Positions 23,057 to 33,266 of a stretch of DNA of 64,000 nucleotides are shown here, piece after piece (within the stretch, counting starts at the first letter, position 1; every line of letters starts with the position of its first letter). The translations under genes were made by a program, and so were the position numbers. Below the pieces are notes generated by a model. That model was not told the origin of the DNA. It did no database searches and saw nothing but the letters and a program-made list of their open reading frames with translations. Origin of the DNA: an uncultured Alphaproteobacteria bacterium (GTDB lineage Bacteria; Pseudomonadota; Alphaproteobacteria; HIMB59; GCA-002718135); the NCBI GenBank assembly GCA_902600225.1, contig CACKIH010000001.1, forward strand, positions 37,370 through 101,369. The letters are read 5' to 3'.

Positions 23057-24028
23057 TTAATATTTAAGCAATAATTCAATTAAATTCTTAAAATCTTCAG
23101 GAATTTCAATATCAAAATCCATTCTTTTTTTTGATGTAGGATGATCAAAACCAAGATGATAAGCATGCAATGCTTGTCTTTCAAAATTTTTTAAAATCAT
23201 AAATTTATTAAATGTATTTTTATCTTTTCCAAATTGATTAATTTTACTTTTTCCATAAATCTTATCACCAATTATAGGAGAATTTTTAGAAGTTAAATGA
23301 AGTCTAATTTGATGTGTTCTTCCAGTATGTAAATGGCAGTCAACTAAACTAGCAATACCAAATGTTTTTTCTAATTTAATATCGGTTTTAGAATATTTTC
23401 CAAAACCCTTATTATTTAAACTCATTTTTTTTCTATTTTTTCTATTTCTCTCTATGTACCCTTCAATTGATTGATTGTTAGGAGTTCCCCAAACTATTGC
23501 TTTATATCTACGAGATATCGTATGTTCTTTGAATTGTTCGGCTAAATTAACATGAACATAATTATTTTTTGCAACAACAAGAATTCCACTTGTATCCTTA
23601 TCTAAACGATGGACTATTCCTGGTCTAGCATTATCATCTAAATTACTTAGTTGATTATTAGTGTAATGCATAAGAGCATTCACTAGAGTGCCGCTTTCAT
23701 TTCCAGGAGCTGGATGCATTACTAAATTTGGAGGTTTGTTTATAACAATTAAATCTTCATCTTCAAAAATAATGTTTAAGTCTATATTTTCAGCTGAATG
23801 TTTTGTTTCTTGTTTCAAGATAATATTTATAAAGTAATTTTCATTTTCTTTAGTTATGTAAGACGGATCTTTTATTTCCTTTTCATCAAGACTGACATTG
23901 CCATTTAATATTAAAGTTTTTATTTGTGTTCTTGAATATCCTTCCAATTTTGAAACGAGCACTTTATCTAATCTTTGTGAACTTAATTGTTTATTTATAG
24001 TTAATTTAAGATTATAGAATTCGTTCAT
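23057..24028 (-). CDS. rluD: RluA/RluD family pseudouridine synthase
   Basis: S4 domain, RPGIVHRLDKDTSG, TGRTHQIR, RQALHA. Confidence 0.92.
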   Translation of the reverse strand: MNEFYNLKLTINKQLSSQRLDKVLVSKLEGYSRTQIKTLILNGNVSLDEKEIKDPSYITKENENYFINIILKQETKHSAENIDLNIIFEDEDLIVINKPPNLVMHPAPGNESGTLVNALMHYTNNQLSNLDDNARPGIVHRLDKDTSGILVVAKNNYVHVNLAEQFKEHTISRRYKAIVWGTPNNQSIEGYIERNRKNRKKMSLNNKGFGKYSKTDIKLEKTFGIASLVDCHLHTGRTHQIRLHLTSKNSPIIGDKIYGKSKINQFGKDKNTFNKFMILKNFERQALHAYHLGFDHPTSKKRMDFDIEIPEDFKNLIELLLKY

Positions 24029-24320
24029 GTATCAAAAAATTCTTAAATTTATTGTAATATTTTTAGGTATATTAATTGTTATTTGTTTTTTAGCTCTAGT
24101 TTATGGTTTGTATATAAAAACAACAAAAAAACAAAGTAATTTAGAAACAAATTTAATTGAATATAATTTAAATTTAGAAAAAGGGCACAAAATTACAGAT
24201 ATAGATATGATTGATAATAATCGGATTTTGTTTACAATAAAAAGTAATGATAAAGTTTATGCTTTAATATATGATATAGATACATCAAATATTACAAAAA
24301 TAGATACATCTAATGAATAA
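24027..24320 (+). CDS. Hypothetical single-TM protein
   Basis: N-terminal TM helix; position divergent from rluD is typical of alphaproteobacteria. Confidence 0.65.
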   Translation: MYQKILKFIVIFLGILIVICFLALVYGLYIKTTKKQSNLETNLIEYNLNLEKGHKITDIDMIDNNRILFTIKSNDKVYALIYDIDTSNITKIDTSNE

Positions 24321-24531
24321 AGATAATAATTTTGAAAATAATTTAAAAAAACTTGAGTCTATTGTAGAGAAATTAGAAAATGGTGAAGTTGATTTAGAAG
24401 AATCTGTAAAACTTTATGAAGAAGGAATGAATTTAAAAAAAGCATGTGAGGAAAAATTAAAAAGTATTGAAAGCCAAATTAAAAAAATCAAGCAAGAAAA
24501 CAATAAAGTTACGAAAGAAGATTTTAAGTAA
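24313..24531 (+). CDS. xseB: Exodeoxyribonuclease VII small subunit
   Basis: FE..L..LE.IV..LE.G...LEES..LYEEG. Confidence 0.93.
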   Translation: MNKDNNFENNLKKLESIVEKLENGEVDLEESVKLYEEGMNLKKACEEKLKSIESQIKKIKQENNKVTKEDFK

Positions 24532-24540
24532 TTTTCAAAT

Positions 24541-25290
24541 TTGAGTAAAAATCTAAAAATAAGACTTGATCAGCTTTTAATGGATAGAAATCTAGCTGAT
24601 ACTAAATCAAAGGCTCAATCTATGATTATGGCCGGTCAAGTTTATGTAAACGATAAAATCATTACCAAAAGTGGTAACAGTTTTAATGAAAACTCAAAAA
24701 TAAAAATTAAACAACTACATCCTCCATGGGTATCAAGAGGTGCATTCAAATTACTGAAAGCGATTGATTATTTTAAGATTGATATTGAAAATAAAATTTG
24801 TCTAGATATCGGTTCATCAACTGGTGGATTCACAGAAGTTCTTTTAAAAAAAAACGCTAAAAAAATATATTCTATTGATGTTGGTACAAATCAACTTCAT
24901 GAAAAATTAAAAAAAGAAAAAAAAATTATTAGTATAGAAAATTTTAATGCTAAATATTTAGATAACTCAATAATTTATGAAAAAATTAATTTAGTAGTCT
25001 GTGATGTTAGTTTCATTAGTCTAACAAAGGTTATAGAACCTAGCCTGAAGATTTTATCAAGTAAAGCTGAGATTATTTCACTAATTAAGCCACAATTTGA
25101 AACGAATAAAATAAATTTGAAAAAAGGTATTGTCAAAGATCCATTGATTCATGAACAAGTATGTAATGATATATCGAATTGGTTTAAAAAAACAATTAAG
25201 GCTGAAGTTGTAGGTTTAGTCGAAAGTCCAATAACTGGACCAAAAGGAAATAAAGAATTTTTGATTTATAGTATTTTAAAGAAATCTTAA
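24541..25290 (+). CDS. tlyA: TlyA family rRNA methyltransferase
   Basis: [44 protein letters not shown]. Confidence 0.93.
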   Translation: MSKNLKIRLDQLLMDRNLADTKSKAQSMIMAGQVYVNDKIITKSGNSFNENSKIKIKQLHPPWVSRGAFKLLKAIDYFKIDIENKICLDIGSSTGGFTEVLLKKNAKKIYSIDVGTNQLHEKLKKEKKIISIENFNAKYLDNSIIYEKINLVVCDVSFISLTKVIEPSLKILSSKAEIISLIKPQFETNKINLKKGIVKDPLIHEQVCNDISNWFKKTIKAEVVGLVESPITGPKGNKEFLIYSILKKS

Positions 25291-26346
25291 ACAATGATCA
25301 GCTATAGTTGTGGCAACCATTGCTTCACCGACAGGAACAGCTCTTATACCAACACACGGATCATGACGACCTTTAGTAGATATTGTTGTTTCTTTTAATT
25401 TTGTATTAATTGTTTTTTTTGGGGATAATATTGAGCTTGTAGGTTTTACTACAAATCTAGTAATTAATTCTTGGCCCGTTGTAATACCGCCAAGAACTCC
25501 ACCATTATTATTTGAAAGAAATAAAGGTTTTTTATTTTTTATTCTCATTTCATCAACATTAGAAATTCCAGTTTCATAAACACTGCTAAATCCATTTCCC
25601 ATTTCTACTCCCTTAACAGCATTAATAGACATCAATGCCTTAGCAATATCAGAGTCTATTTTTTCATAAATAGGTTCGCCTAATCCAGCTGGCAAACCTT
25701 TCACTCTAATTTCAATTATTGCACCCAAAGAGGAACCAGATTTTCTTGCAGTTTGTATTTCGTTTTCCCATATTTTAATAATTTCTTTATCAGGACTCCA
25801 AAAATTATTTTTTGGAATAAAATTATTATTCCAATTATCATAATTAATTTTATGATTACCTATTTGAATTAATGCACCTGTTATTACAACTTGATTTTTA
25901 ATTTTATTTTTTATGATTTTTCTTGCTATTGCCCCTGCTGCTACTCTCATTGCAGTTTCTCTAGCACTAGATCTACCACCACCCCTATAATCTCTTATGC
26001 CATATTTCTTCCAATATGTATAATCTGCATGACCTGGTCTAAATTTACTTTTGATATCACCATAATCCTTTGATCTCTGATCTTGATTGTAGATAATTAG
26101 AGAAATAGGATGACCTGTTGTTTTTCCCTCAAAAGTTCCAGACAGTATTTCAACTTTATCCTCTTCTTTTCTTTGAGTTGTAAATTTTGACTGACCAGGT
26201 TTTCTTTTATCTAAATAGGGTTGAATATCTTTTTCAGTTAAATTTATGTTTGATGGCACTCCATCGACAACACAACCAATAGCTTTGCCATGGCTTTCTC
26301 CCCATGTGGTAAAGTTAAAGATTTTTCCTATTGAATTAGAAGTCAT
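25276..26346 (-). CDS. aroC: Chorismate synthase
   Basis: [27 protein letters not shown]. Confidence 0.97.
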   Translation of the reverse strand: MTSNSIGKIFNFTTWGESHGKAIGCVVDGVPSNINLTEKDIQPYLDKRKPGQSKFTTQRKEEDKVEILSGTFEGKTTGHPISLIIYNQDQRSKDYGDIKSKFRPGHADYTYWKKYGIRDYRGGGRSSARETAMRVAAGAIARKIIKNKIKNQVVITGALIQIGNHKINYDNWNNNFIPKNNFWSPDKEIIKIWENEIQTARKSGSSLGAIIEIRVKGLPAGLGEPIYEKIDSDIAKALMSINAVKGVEMGNGFSSVYETGISNVDEMRIKNKKPLFLSNNNGGVLGGITTGQELITRFVVKPTSSILSPKKTINTKLKETTISTKGRHDPCVGIRAVPVGEAMVATTIADHCLRFL

Positions 26347-27170
26347 TTTTTAGAATTTGTAAATTCACCTAATAATTCTGATACACTTTTACTCTCATCA
26401 ACTGCAACCATTCCTACAGTATGATAGCCACAATCTACATGTTGTATCTCACCAGTAACGGCACTCCCAAGATCACTTAAGAGATACAAAGCAGAATTTC
26501 CAACATCTTGCTGATTTACATTTCTTTTAAGTGGAGCATTAAGCTCGTTCCATTTTAGAATAAATCTAAAATCACCTATTCCTGATGCTGCCAAAGTTTT
26601 AATTGGCCCAGCACTAATAGCATTAACTCTTATATTTTTTTCTCCCAAATCAACTGCTAAATATCTAACACTTGCCTCTAAAGCTGCTTTTGCAACTCCC
26701 ATAACATTATAATGAGGCATAACTTGTTCTGATCCATAATATGTTAAAGTTAAAATTGATCCACCATTATTCATTAAAGGTTCTGCTAGCCTACAAGCCT
26801 CAGTAAAAGAATAACATGATATATGCATAGTTTGTTTAAAATTATCAGAAGATGTATTGTAATATTTACCTCTTAATTCATCTTTGTTGGAAAAACCAAT
26901 TCCATGAACAAGAAAATCTAATTCACCCCATTTATTTTTAAGTGTTTCAAAAACGTTATACATACTTTGTGAGTCTGAAACATCACAAGGAATAATAGTG
27001 TTAGACCCTATTTCTTCTGCAAGTGGCTGAACTCTTTTCTTAAGAGCTTCTCCTTGATAAGTAAGTGCAATTTCTGCTCCCTGTTCTGCTAATTTTTTCG
27101 CAATACCCCAAGCAATAGATCTGTCATTTGCCACTCCCATAATCAGACCTTTTTTATTTTGCATCAACAT
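26343..27170 (-). CDS. fabI: Enoyl-ACP reductase FabI
   Basis: [34 protein letters not shown]. True start is 27170 or 27164; the ORF-track extension to 27314 is spurious. Confidence 0.96.
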   Translation of the reverse strand: MLMQNKKGLIMGVANDRSIAWGIAKKLAEQGAEIALTYQGEALKKRVQPLAEEIGSNTIIPCDVSDSQSMYNVFETLKNKWGELDFLVHGIGFSNKDELRGKYYNTSSDNFKQTMHISCYSFTEACRLAEPLMNNGGSILTLTYYGSEQVMPHYNVMGVAKAALEASVRYLAVDLGEKNIRVNAISAGPIKTLAASGIGDFRFILKWNELNAPLKRNVNQQDVGNSALYLLSDLGSAVTGEIQHVDCGYHTVGMVAVDESKSVSELLGEFTNSKK

Positions 27171-27238
27171 ATTGTAAATCAGTGTTTTTTTATAAATATA
27201 GATATATATACTTATAAAATAATATTCATATCTATAAT

Positions 27239-27844
27239 ATGCAATCAAATCAAAAATTAATAAATTCTGATAAAAAACCAATTGTACTTTTTCAAGAATG
27301 GTTTGAAGAGGCAAAGAAAAGTGAAATCAATGATCCAAATGCTATGAACCTTGCTACTATATCTTCTGATGGCAAACCCAGCTCGCGAATTGTTTTACTT
27401 AAATCATATGATGATAAAGGGTTTGTTTTTTACACAAATTCAAATAGCAAAAAAGGTAGAGCAATTAAAAACAACAATAGTGTAGCTTTAAATTTTCATT
27501 GGAAAACACTTCAAAGACAAATAAGAATAGAAGGTAATGTTTCACAAATTTCAAACGTTGAAGCTGATGAATATTATAATTCAAGACCACTAGGAAGTAG
27601 AATAGGAGCATGGGCTTCATTACAGTCAGAAGAACTAGATGATAGATCGACATTAACTAAAAGAGTAGAAGAGTTTGAAAAAAAATTTTCAGATAATGAT
27701 GTACCAAGACCTTCACATTGGAATGGTTACTTAGTAGCACCTATATTAATTGAATTTTGGCAAGATATGCCATTTAGATTGCATGACAGACTTGAATTCC
27801 GTAGGGAAAATGATGGTTGGGTTAAAAGAAAATTATATCCTTAA
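27239..27844 (+). CDS. pdxH: Pyridoxamine 5'-phosphate oxidase
   Basis: R.VLLK, FYTN..S.KG, RQIRIEG, SRP..SRIGAWAS.QS, EFWQ...RLHDR. Confidence 0.96.
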   Translation: MQSNQKLINSDKKPIVLFQEWFEEAKKSEINDPNAMNLATISSDGKPSSRIVLLKSYDDKGFVFYTNSNSKKGRAIKNNNSVALNFHWKTLQRQIRIEGNVSQISNVEADEYYNSRPLGSRIGAWASLQSEELDDRSTLTKRVEEFEKKFSDNDVPRPSHWNGYLVAPILIEFWQDMPFRLHDRLEFRRENDGWVKRKLYP

Positions 27845-28275
27845 TTATCTTCTTTCCATTTTTGTAAAATCCATGAACTAGAATTTGATTTATTGTCACC
27901 ACCTATACCCCAAAGTAACTGTATATTGTTTTTTTCACAGAATATTGATTCTGGTGTTGTACTATTATTTCTATCACCTCCATTTGCAAATTTAATAATT
28001 GATTGTGGATATTTATTTTTTACTTTTTTAAGACCATCGATGCACGTCTTATCTCCGTCATCAAATTCTATAACATCAATAACATTTTTTAACTCATTCA
28101 TAATTATAGTTCTTTCAATAAAAGGAAGAAATTCCTTACCTTTCTTTTTTTGAAGCCATAAATCAGAATTTAGCAAAACTACAACTTCACCATGTTTAGC
28201 AGCTTCTTTAATTAATTTTATATGACCACTGTGAATTGGGTCAAAACCTCCACTGACAACAACTATTTCACGCAT
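27841..28275 (-). CDS. HxGH cytidylyltransferase/adenylyltransferase family protein
   Basis: SGGFDPIHSGH, FANGGDR, K..SSS. Confidence 0.85.
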   Translation of the reverse strand: MREIVVVSGGFDPIHSGHIKLIKEAAKHGEVVVLLNSDLWLQKKKGKEFLPFIERTIIMNELKNVIDVIEFDDGDKTCIDGLKKVKNKYPQSIIKFANGGDRNNSTTPESIFCEKNNIQLLWGIGGDNKSNSSSWILQKWKEDN

Positions 28276-28903
28276 ACTTGCTTCTCCATTTTTCTGGATC
28301 TTCTAAAAATTCTTTTAAGTTTGAAACCTTATCTTCAGAATATATTTTTTCACTTTCAATATAATTTATTACATCTTTCCAAGTACACAGTGAGTGCATA
28401 TTTACATTTAATTTAAATAATTCTGATTCATTGAAATTAAAAATATCATAATAAAATATTACAAATATATCTTTAACTTTTAATCCAGCTTCACGCATTG
28501 CGTTAATAAAAATTATTTTACTACCTCCATCAGTCGCTAGATCTTCAACTAAAAGAGCTTTTTGATTTTTTTCAAACTCACCTTCAATTTGTTTGTTTTT
28601 TCCAAAACCTTTTGTTTTTTTTCTAATATAAATCATTTGTTTATCTAATTTTTGAGAAATAAAAGCAGCATAGGGAATTCCAGCGGTCTCTCCACCAGCA
28701 ATAATTTCTGTCTCAATATTATTTTTAGTTAAATAATCTATGGCTTTATCAATTATAAAATTTCTTTCTTTTGTAAAAGAAATAATTTTTCTACAATCAA
28801 CATAAACAGGACTAGCCAAGCCTGATGTAAGAGTAAAATATTTATCAAATGAAAAATTAATAGACTTTATATCTACTAATATTTTAGCTATCTCTTTAGA
28901 CAT
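28268..28903 (-). CDS. pyrE: Orotate phosphoribosyltransferase
   Basis: SG..SPVYVDCR, GGETAGIP, LVEDLATDGGSK. Confidence 0.93.
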   Translation of the reverse strand: MSKEIAKILVDIKSINFSFDKYFTLTSGLASPVYVDCRKIISFTKERNFIIDKAIDYLTKNNIETEIIAGGETAGIPYAAFISQKLDKQMIYIRKKTKGFGKNKQIEGEFEKNQKALLVEDLATDGGSKIIFINAMREAGLKVKDIFVIFYYDIFNFNESELFKLNVNMHSLCTWKDVINYIESEKIYSEDKVSNLKEFLEDPEKWRSKYA

Positions 28904-28908
28904 TTTTT

Positions 28909-29382
28909 TTAAGTTATTTGAGCAATATGTTCAAATGATAAATTTCCAGGGACAATCATTATTGGTATTCTTAGGTTTGTTATTTCATTACTCACCAGAG
29001 AAGTTATTATTGGACCAGGGTTTTTACTATTTGGATCAGTATTGGCAGCTAAAACAAGAACATTAATATTTTTTTCCTCATCTAATAATTGTTTTAATTC
29101 AGCTATAGTATCCCCCTCTCTTAAAGAGAGCGCAGGATAGTCACCTGTTCTTTCTTTGACAAATGAGGCAGCTTTTTTAAGAATTGTTTCTGCTTCTTCT
29201 CTAGCTTCTTCTTTCATAATGTCCGTAACACCCTTGGTTGTTAGAACATCCAAAGGTTCTATGAATGTTGCAATTATAATCTTTCTTCCTGTTTTTTTTG
29301 ATCTTGCACAAGCATATTCAAGAGCTATATTCATTTCTTCTGAATTATCTGCGACAACTAGAATATATCTATCATCACTCAT
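28909..29382 (-). CDS. Universal stress protein
   Basis: LVVAD.SEE...AL.YA, LVLAA, PGPII, IP..IVPG.L. Confidence 0.88.
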   Translation of the reverse strand: MSDDRYILVVADNSEEMNIALEYACARSKKTGRKIIIATFIEPLDVLTTKGVTDIMKEEAREEAETILKKAASFVKERTGDYPALSLREGDTIAELKQLLDEEKNINVLVLAANTDPNSKNPGPIITSLVSNEITNLRIPIMIVPGNLSFEHIAQIT

Positions 29383-30143
29383 TTACTTCTCCTAAATAAA
29401 GCAGCAGCAATAAAACCTGAAACTATTGAAAAGATAATTACAAAAACTCCGTATGTAGCTGCATTTTCATTAGCAAAGTCAAATATTTGACTTCCTATAC
29501 CAGTTTTTTTTATAACTATTTTTTTTTGATCAGTACTCATAATTGTATTATTTCTTATATAGTAAATATCAACATTATAAATCCCTGGTATTGTATTTGT
29601 TGGAAAAAAAACGCTAGTTTGAAATAATTTATCTTTGATCTTTTTCATTTCAAAACTTTTATAAAATGATTGTTCTTTTTTTATTCTAACAAAATTTTCA
29701 TTCCAACTTTTCTGGTCATTTTTGAAAATAAAATTTTGATTAAAAGTTTTATTATTTAAAATTTTTTCAAAACTTAGATCCGCATTAATTAATATCGATT
29801 CAGGCAAGATTTCGTTAATTTCTTTTGAGGAGGATAAAAAGAATAAAGATGGAATGTTACTATAGGTAACGTATTGATTATTTATCCATATTCCAAAATA
29901 CCTCTCTTTTTTTTGTATTCTCATTTTTGATGGCGGCCCTTTTATTGTCAAAAGTGTCTCATGATCATTTTTTAGTAATCCAAAAATAATAATTTCTTTT
30001 CCATTAAAATCTGTTTTTAATTCAATACTATCCTCAGATAAATCAAAGTAAATTTCTTCAGCATGAAGAAGATTATAAAAAAAAATTACAGTCAATAAAA
30101 TTGTTAGATTAAAAGCAAACTTTATATATAAATTTTTAATCAT
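29379..30143 (-). CDS. TIGR02186 family conserved membrane protein
   Basis: F.G....FG, KKER..GIWIN, LF.....P.....G.Y, K.G, C-terminal TM; follows a TSUP gene. Confidence 0.85.
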   Translation of the reverse strand: MIKNLYIKFAFNLTILLTVIFFYNLLHAEEIYFDLSEDSIELKTDFNGKEIIIFGLLKNDHETLLTIKGPPSKMRIQKKERYFGIWINNQYVTYSNIPSLFFLSSSKEINEILPESILINADLSFEKILNNKTFNQNFIFKNDQKSWNENFVRIKKEQSFYKSFEMKKIKDKLFQTSVFFPTNTIPGIYNVDIYYIRNNTIMSTDQKKIVIKKTGIGSQIFDFANENAATYGVFVIIFSIVSGFIAAALFRRSK

Positions 30144-30543
30144 CTATTTTTGTCACTTCTAAAATATAAAATTCCAAATAAAATCCTATTAATGCAAAAA
30201 TTGATACTAATAAAAAAGATGCTTTCTCAATCAATATATCAACCACTAATATATCTTTTTGCATAAGCATATAAATTGGAATTACAGTGGATAAAATAAT
30301 AATACTTAGTTTTGCAAATAAAACATTAAATAATATGTCTGTAAATATTTTATTTAGATCTTTTTTAATAAATACTCTGAAATTTGACCAAATATATATT
30401 TTGTTAAATGAATTTATAACAATTATTAGAATTAAAAAATATTCAATATTCTTTAGATTAAAATCAATAGTTGTAAAAATAAAATATATAAAAAGACAAA
30501 CTATGATCAATAAATTAATTGAAAAATTAAATATTGAAATCAT
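30136..30543 (-). CDS. Hypothetical 4-TM membrane protein
   Basis: Overlaps both neighbours in the same operon (4 and 8 nt); about four hydrophobic segments. Confidence 0.6.
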   Translation of the reverse strand: MISIFNFSINLLIIVCLFIYFIFTTIDFNLKNIEYFLILIIVINSFNKIYIWSNFRVFIKKDLNKIFTDILFNVLFAKLSIIILSTVIPIYMLMQKDILVVDILIEKASFLLVSIFALIGFYLEFYILEVTKIDD

Positions 30544-31454
30544 ATCATTACCAACGAAAATAAATCATTTGGCCTTAAAACTAGATCTGTAAAAATTTTA
30601 CCACAGACACCCAGTACTAATATAGCCAAAATACCTCTTAAATATTCTGCTTTTAATTTAGAACCAAAAATTACACCAATTTGTGCACCAATTACTCCTC
30701 CAAATATCATTAGTGCAGACAGCACAATATCTACATTATAATTTATGTAGGATTGAAAGAATGTTGCATTAGCGGTAACAAAAATGATTTGAAATAATGA
30801 TGTCCCAACTACTATACTTGTTGGCATTCCAAGTATGTATACCATTGCAGGTATCATTATAAATCCTCCTCCAACTCCCATCATTGCTGACATTATTCCA
30901 ACTGCAAACCCTATTATTACAGGTGGTATCGCGCTTATATAAAGTTTTGATCTATGGAAGCGAACTTTGAATGGAAGTCCGTGAAACCAAGAATGTTGAT
31001 GTAGTTTTGTTCTTTTAATGTTTTTTACTCTATACTGTTTTATTGTTGTTTTTGCGCTTTCAAAAGCCATACTAAAACCAATAAAACCTAAAAAGAAAAG
31101 AAATAATAACTGAATAACTAAATCTATTTGCCCAAAGTTTTTTAGATAACTGAAAATATTTACACCAACTGTGGAACCAATTAAACCTCCTATTAAAAGG
31201 AATATACCTATCTTTATATCAACATTTCTTTTTCTCCAGTGAGCAATAAAACCTGAAACTGAAGTTGCTAAAACGTGCGGAGCTTCAGAACCAACAGCTA
31301 CAACAGGAGGTATGCCTAAAAAAATTAATAGTGGTGTCATTAAAAATCCACCACCAACACCAAAAATTCCTGAAAGTATTCCTATACTCATACCAATAAA
31401 GATAATGAGAAAAATATTGACGTTCATTTCAGCTATTGGAAGGTAAATTGACAT
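30540..31454 (-). CDS. TSUP (TauE/SafE) family transporter
   Basis: MSIYLPIAE, SG.FGVGGGFLMTP, GVGGGFIMIP, VGTSLFQ. Confidence 0.92.
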   Translation of the reverse strand: MSIYLPIAEMNVNIFLIIFIGMSIGILSGIFGVGGGFLMTPLLIFLGIPPVVAVGSEAPHVLATSVSGFIAHWRKRNVDIKIGIFLLIGGLIGSTVGVNIFSYLKNFGQIDLVIQLLFLFFLGFIGFSMAFESAKTTIKQYRVKNIKRTKLHQHSWFHGLPFKVRFHRSKLYISAIPPVIIGFAVGIMSAMMGVGGGFIMIPAMVYILGMPTSIVVGTSLFQIIFVTANATFFQSYINYNVDIVLSALMIFGGVIGAQIGVIFGSKLKAEYLRGILAILVLGVCGKIFTDLVLRPNDLFSLVMI

Positions 31455-31517
31455 GTTTTTTTATAAATTTTATATAATTATTACTTAATAAGTACAAATT
31501 ATATTTATTTTAGAAAA

Positions 31518-32612
31518 TTATATAAAATTATTTAGTACTATGATTCCTATATAACTAACAATTCCAACACAACAAGCTGCAGAAAAACCAACATAAAATG
31601 GTCTTATGCCTAAGCTTTTTAAAGAAACTAAATTTGTACTTATACCAACAGCTGCCATTGCTATTGCTAATGAATACTCAGCGATAGATTTAATAATATT
31701 AATGATTAATTGCCAGTTATTATTAGTTAATATTTCAAAAGCTAAATTACTATTTTGAATTCCATAATCTCCAATTGATCTTATAAGACCCATAAGAATA
31801 AAACCAATTATGAAAATTGGAAACATAGATATTAATGATGGTTTGCTGTTGTTTTCACCAATATTATTTCTTAGATAGATATAGCTTATCGTAGGAATGA
31901 CGATTATCATACTGACATTTCTTACTAATTTTGTAATCGTTGCTATATCCATAGTTTTTGGTGAATTGAATTGTTCTGCATATATCAATCCAGCACCGGC
32001 AACTTGAGCTGTCTCATGTATTGAAGTTCCAAGAAATAATCCTGATGATAACTCATCTCCGCTGAAAAGATAATATGCCATAAATGGATAGAGAAACATT
32101 GCAATTATTCCAAATATTGTAATATTTGCTATGGCATAAGCAACTTCCTCTTTATCAGCATTAATTGCAGGACTAGTTGCTACAATTGCGGATGCTCCAC
32201 AAATACTTGTTCCAACTGCAATTAATGATCCCATTTTTGAAGAAACATTTAATAACTTGCATAAATAATTTACAAACAAGATTGATATAATAATACACGC
32301 AACAATTAGAGGTATTCCAACTATTCCAACTTTAAAAATATCTAAAAGTCCAAGTCTAATACCAAGACATATTATTCCTAATCTTAGAATAAATTTTAAA
32401 GAAAACTTAATTCCTTCTAATAAAAAATTATTAATATGAAATATATTTCCTATCAAAAGACCAAATATTATTGAAAGCATTATTGGTGATATTGGACTTT
32501 TTCTTAAATTTAAAATTTCTTTTCCGATAAAATCGCTTAGATATATACCTGAATAAGCAATTACAAAACAAAAGACAATTCCTGGGAATATTTTATATAT
32601 TGAACTTACCAT
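31518..32612 (-). CDS. YeiH/PSE family putative sulfate exporter
   Basis: LRLGIICLG, GTSICGASAI.A, GTSIHETAQV.GAG, KLVR, AMAAVG. Confidence 0.9.
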   Translation of the reverse strand: MVSSIYKIFPGIVFCFVIAYSGIYLSDFIGKEILNLRKSPISPIMLSIIFGLLIGNIFHINNFLLEGIKFSLKFILRLGIICLGIRLGLLDIFKVGIVGIPLIVACIIISILFVNYLCKLLNVSSKMGSLIAVGTSICGASAIVATSPAINADKEEVAYAIANITIFGIIAMFLYPFMAYYLFSGDELSSGLFLGTSIHETAQVAGAGLIYAEQFNSPKTMDIATITKLVRNVSMIIVIPTISYIYLRNNIGENNSKPSLISMFPIFIIGFILMGLIRSIGDYGIQNSNLAFEILTNNNWQLIINIIKSIAEYSLAIAMAAVGISTNLVSLKSLGIRPFYVGFSAACCVGIVSYIGIIVLNNFI

Positions 32613-32663
32613 TAAGAATATTCTTTATACAAAAAAAATATTTTTTACATATTTATGTTAAAG

Positions 32664-33266
32664 TTAGATATTTTTTGCAGTATTCCATTCTTCTTGAGTA
32701 TTAACATTGAAAAAATTCTTTTCCTGGCTTTTGTCGAATTCAACAAATTTATATTTGTGTTTTTTAACCCAAAACATAATTTTACTATTTTTTAATTTTA
32801 ACTCATTTTCTAAACTAGTTATTAACGATATATGCCACATTGCTATTACAGGATGATATCTACTATTTGATCTTGCAATCAATATTTTTATATTTTCATC
32901 ATATGCCTTTAAAAACTTATCTAAAAGATTATCGGGTAAAAATGGGGTATCACTTGGAACAGTAAAAACCCATTCTTTTTTTGTGTAATTTTCTTTAGTC
33001 CACAACATAGATGTGTGAATCCCTGCTAAAGGTCCTACAAAACCTTTGAATCTATCTTCAATTATTGGGTAATCAATTTTCTTAAAACTTTTTAAGTCAT
33101 TAGCATTTATTATTATTTCATTATTATATTTTTTTAGCTTATTTATTATTTTGTCTAAGATTGTAATTCCATTTATTTTTGCAAAAGCTTTAAATCCACC
33201 TCCAAATCTTTTTGACTGACCTCCAGCAAGTATAGCAAACAAAATTTTTTTCTTATTTATGGTCAA
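32664..33266 (-). CDS. mobA: Molybdenum cofactor guanylyltransferase
   Basis: ILAGGQSKRFGG..K, GPLAGI, P.DTPFLP, FFNVNT.E. Confidence 0.93.
   Translation of the reverse strand: MTINKKKILFAILAGGQSKRFGGGFKAFAKINGITILDKIINKLKKYNNEIIINANDLKSFKKIDYPIIEDRFKGFVGPLAGIHTSMLWTKENYTKKEWVFTVPSDTPFLPDNLLDKFLKAYDENIKILIARSNSRYHPVIAMWHISLITSLENELKLKNSKIMFWVKKHKYKFVEFDKSQEKNFFNVNTQEEWNTAKNI

Noticed and set aside
27171-27314. Tyr/Ile-rich N-terminal extension of FabI overlapping pdxH
   Set aside because: It is the AT-rich promoter region read in frame; homology starts at MLMQNKKG.
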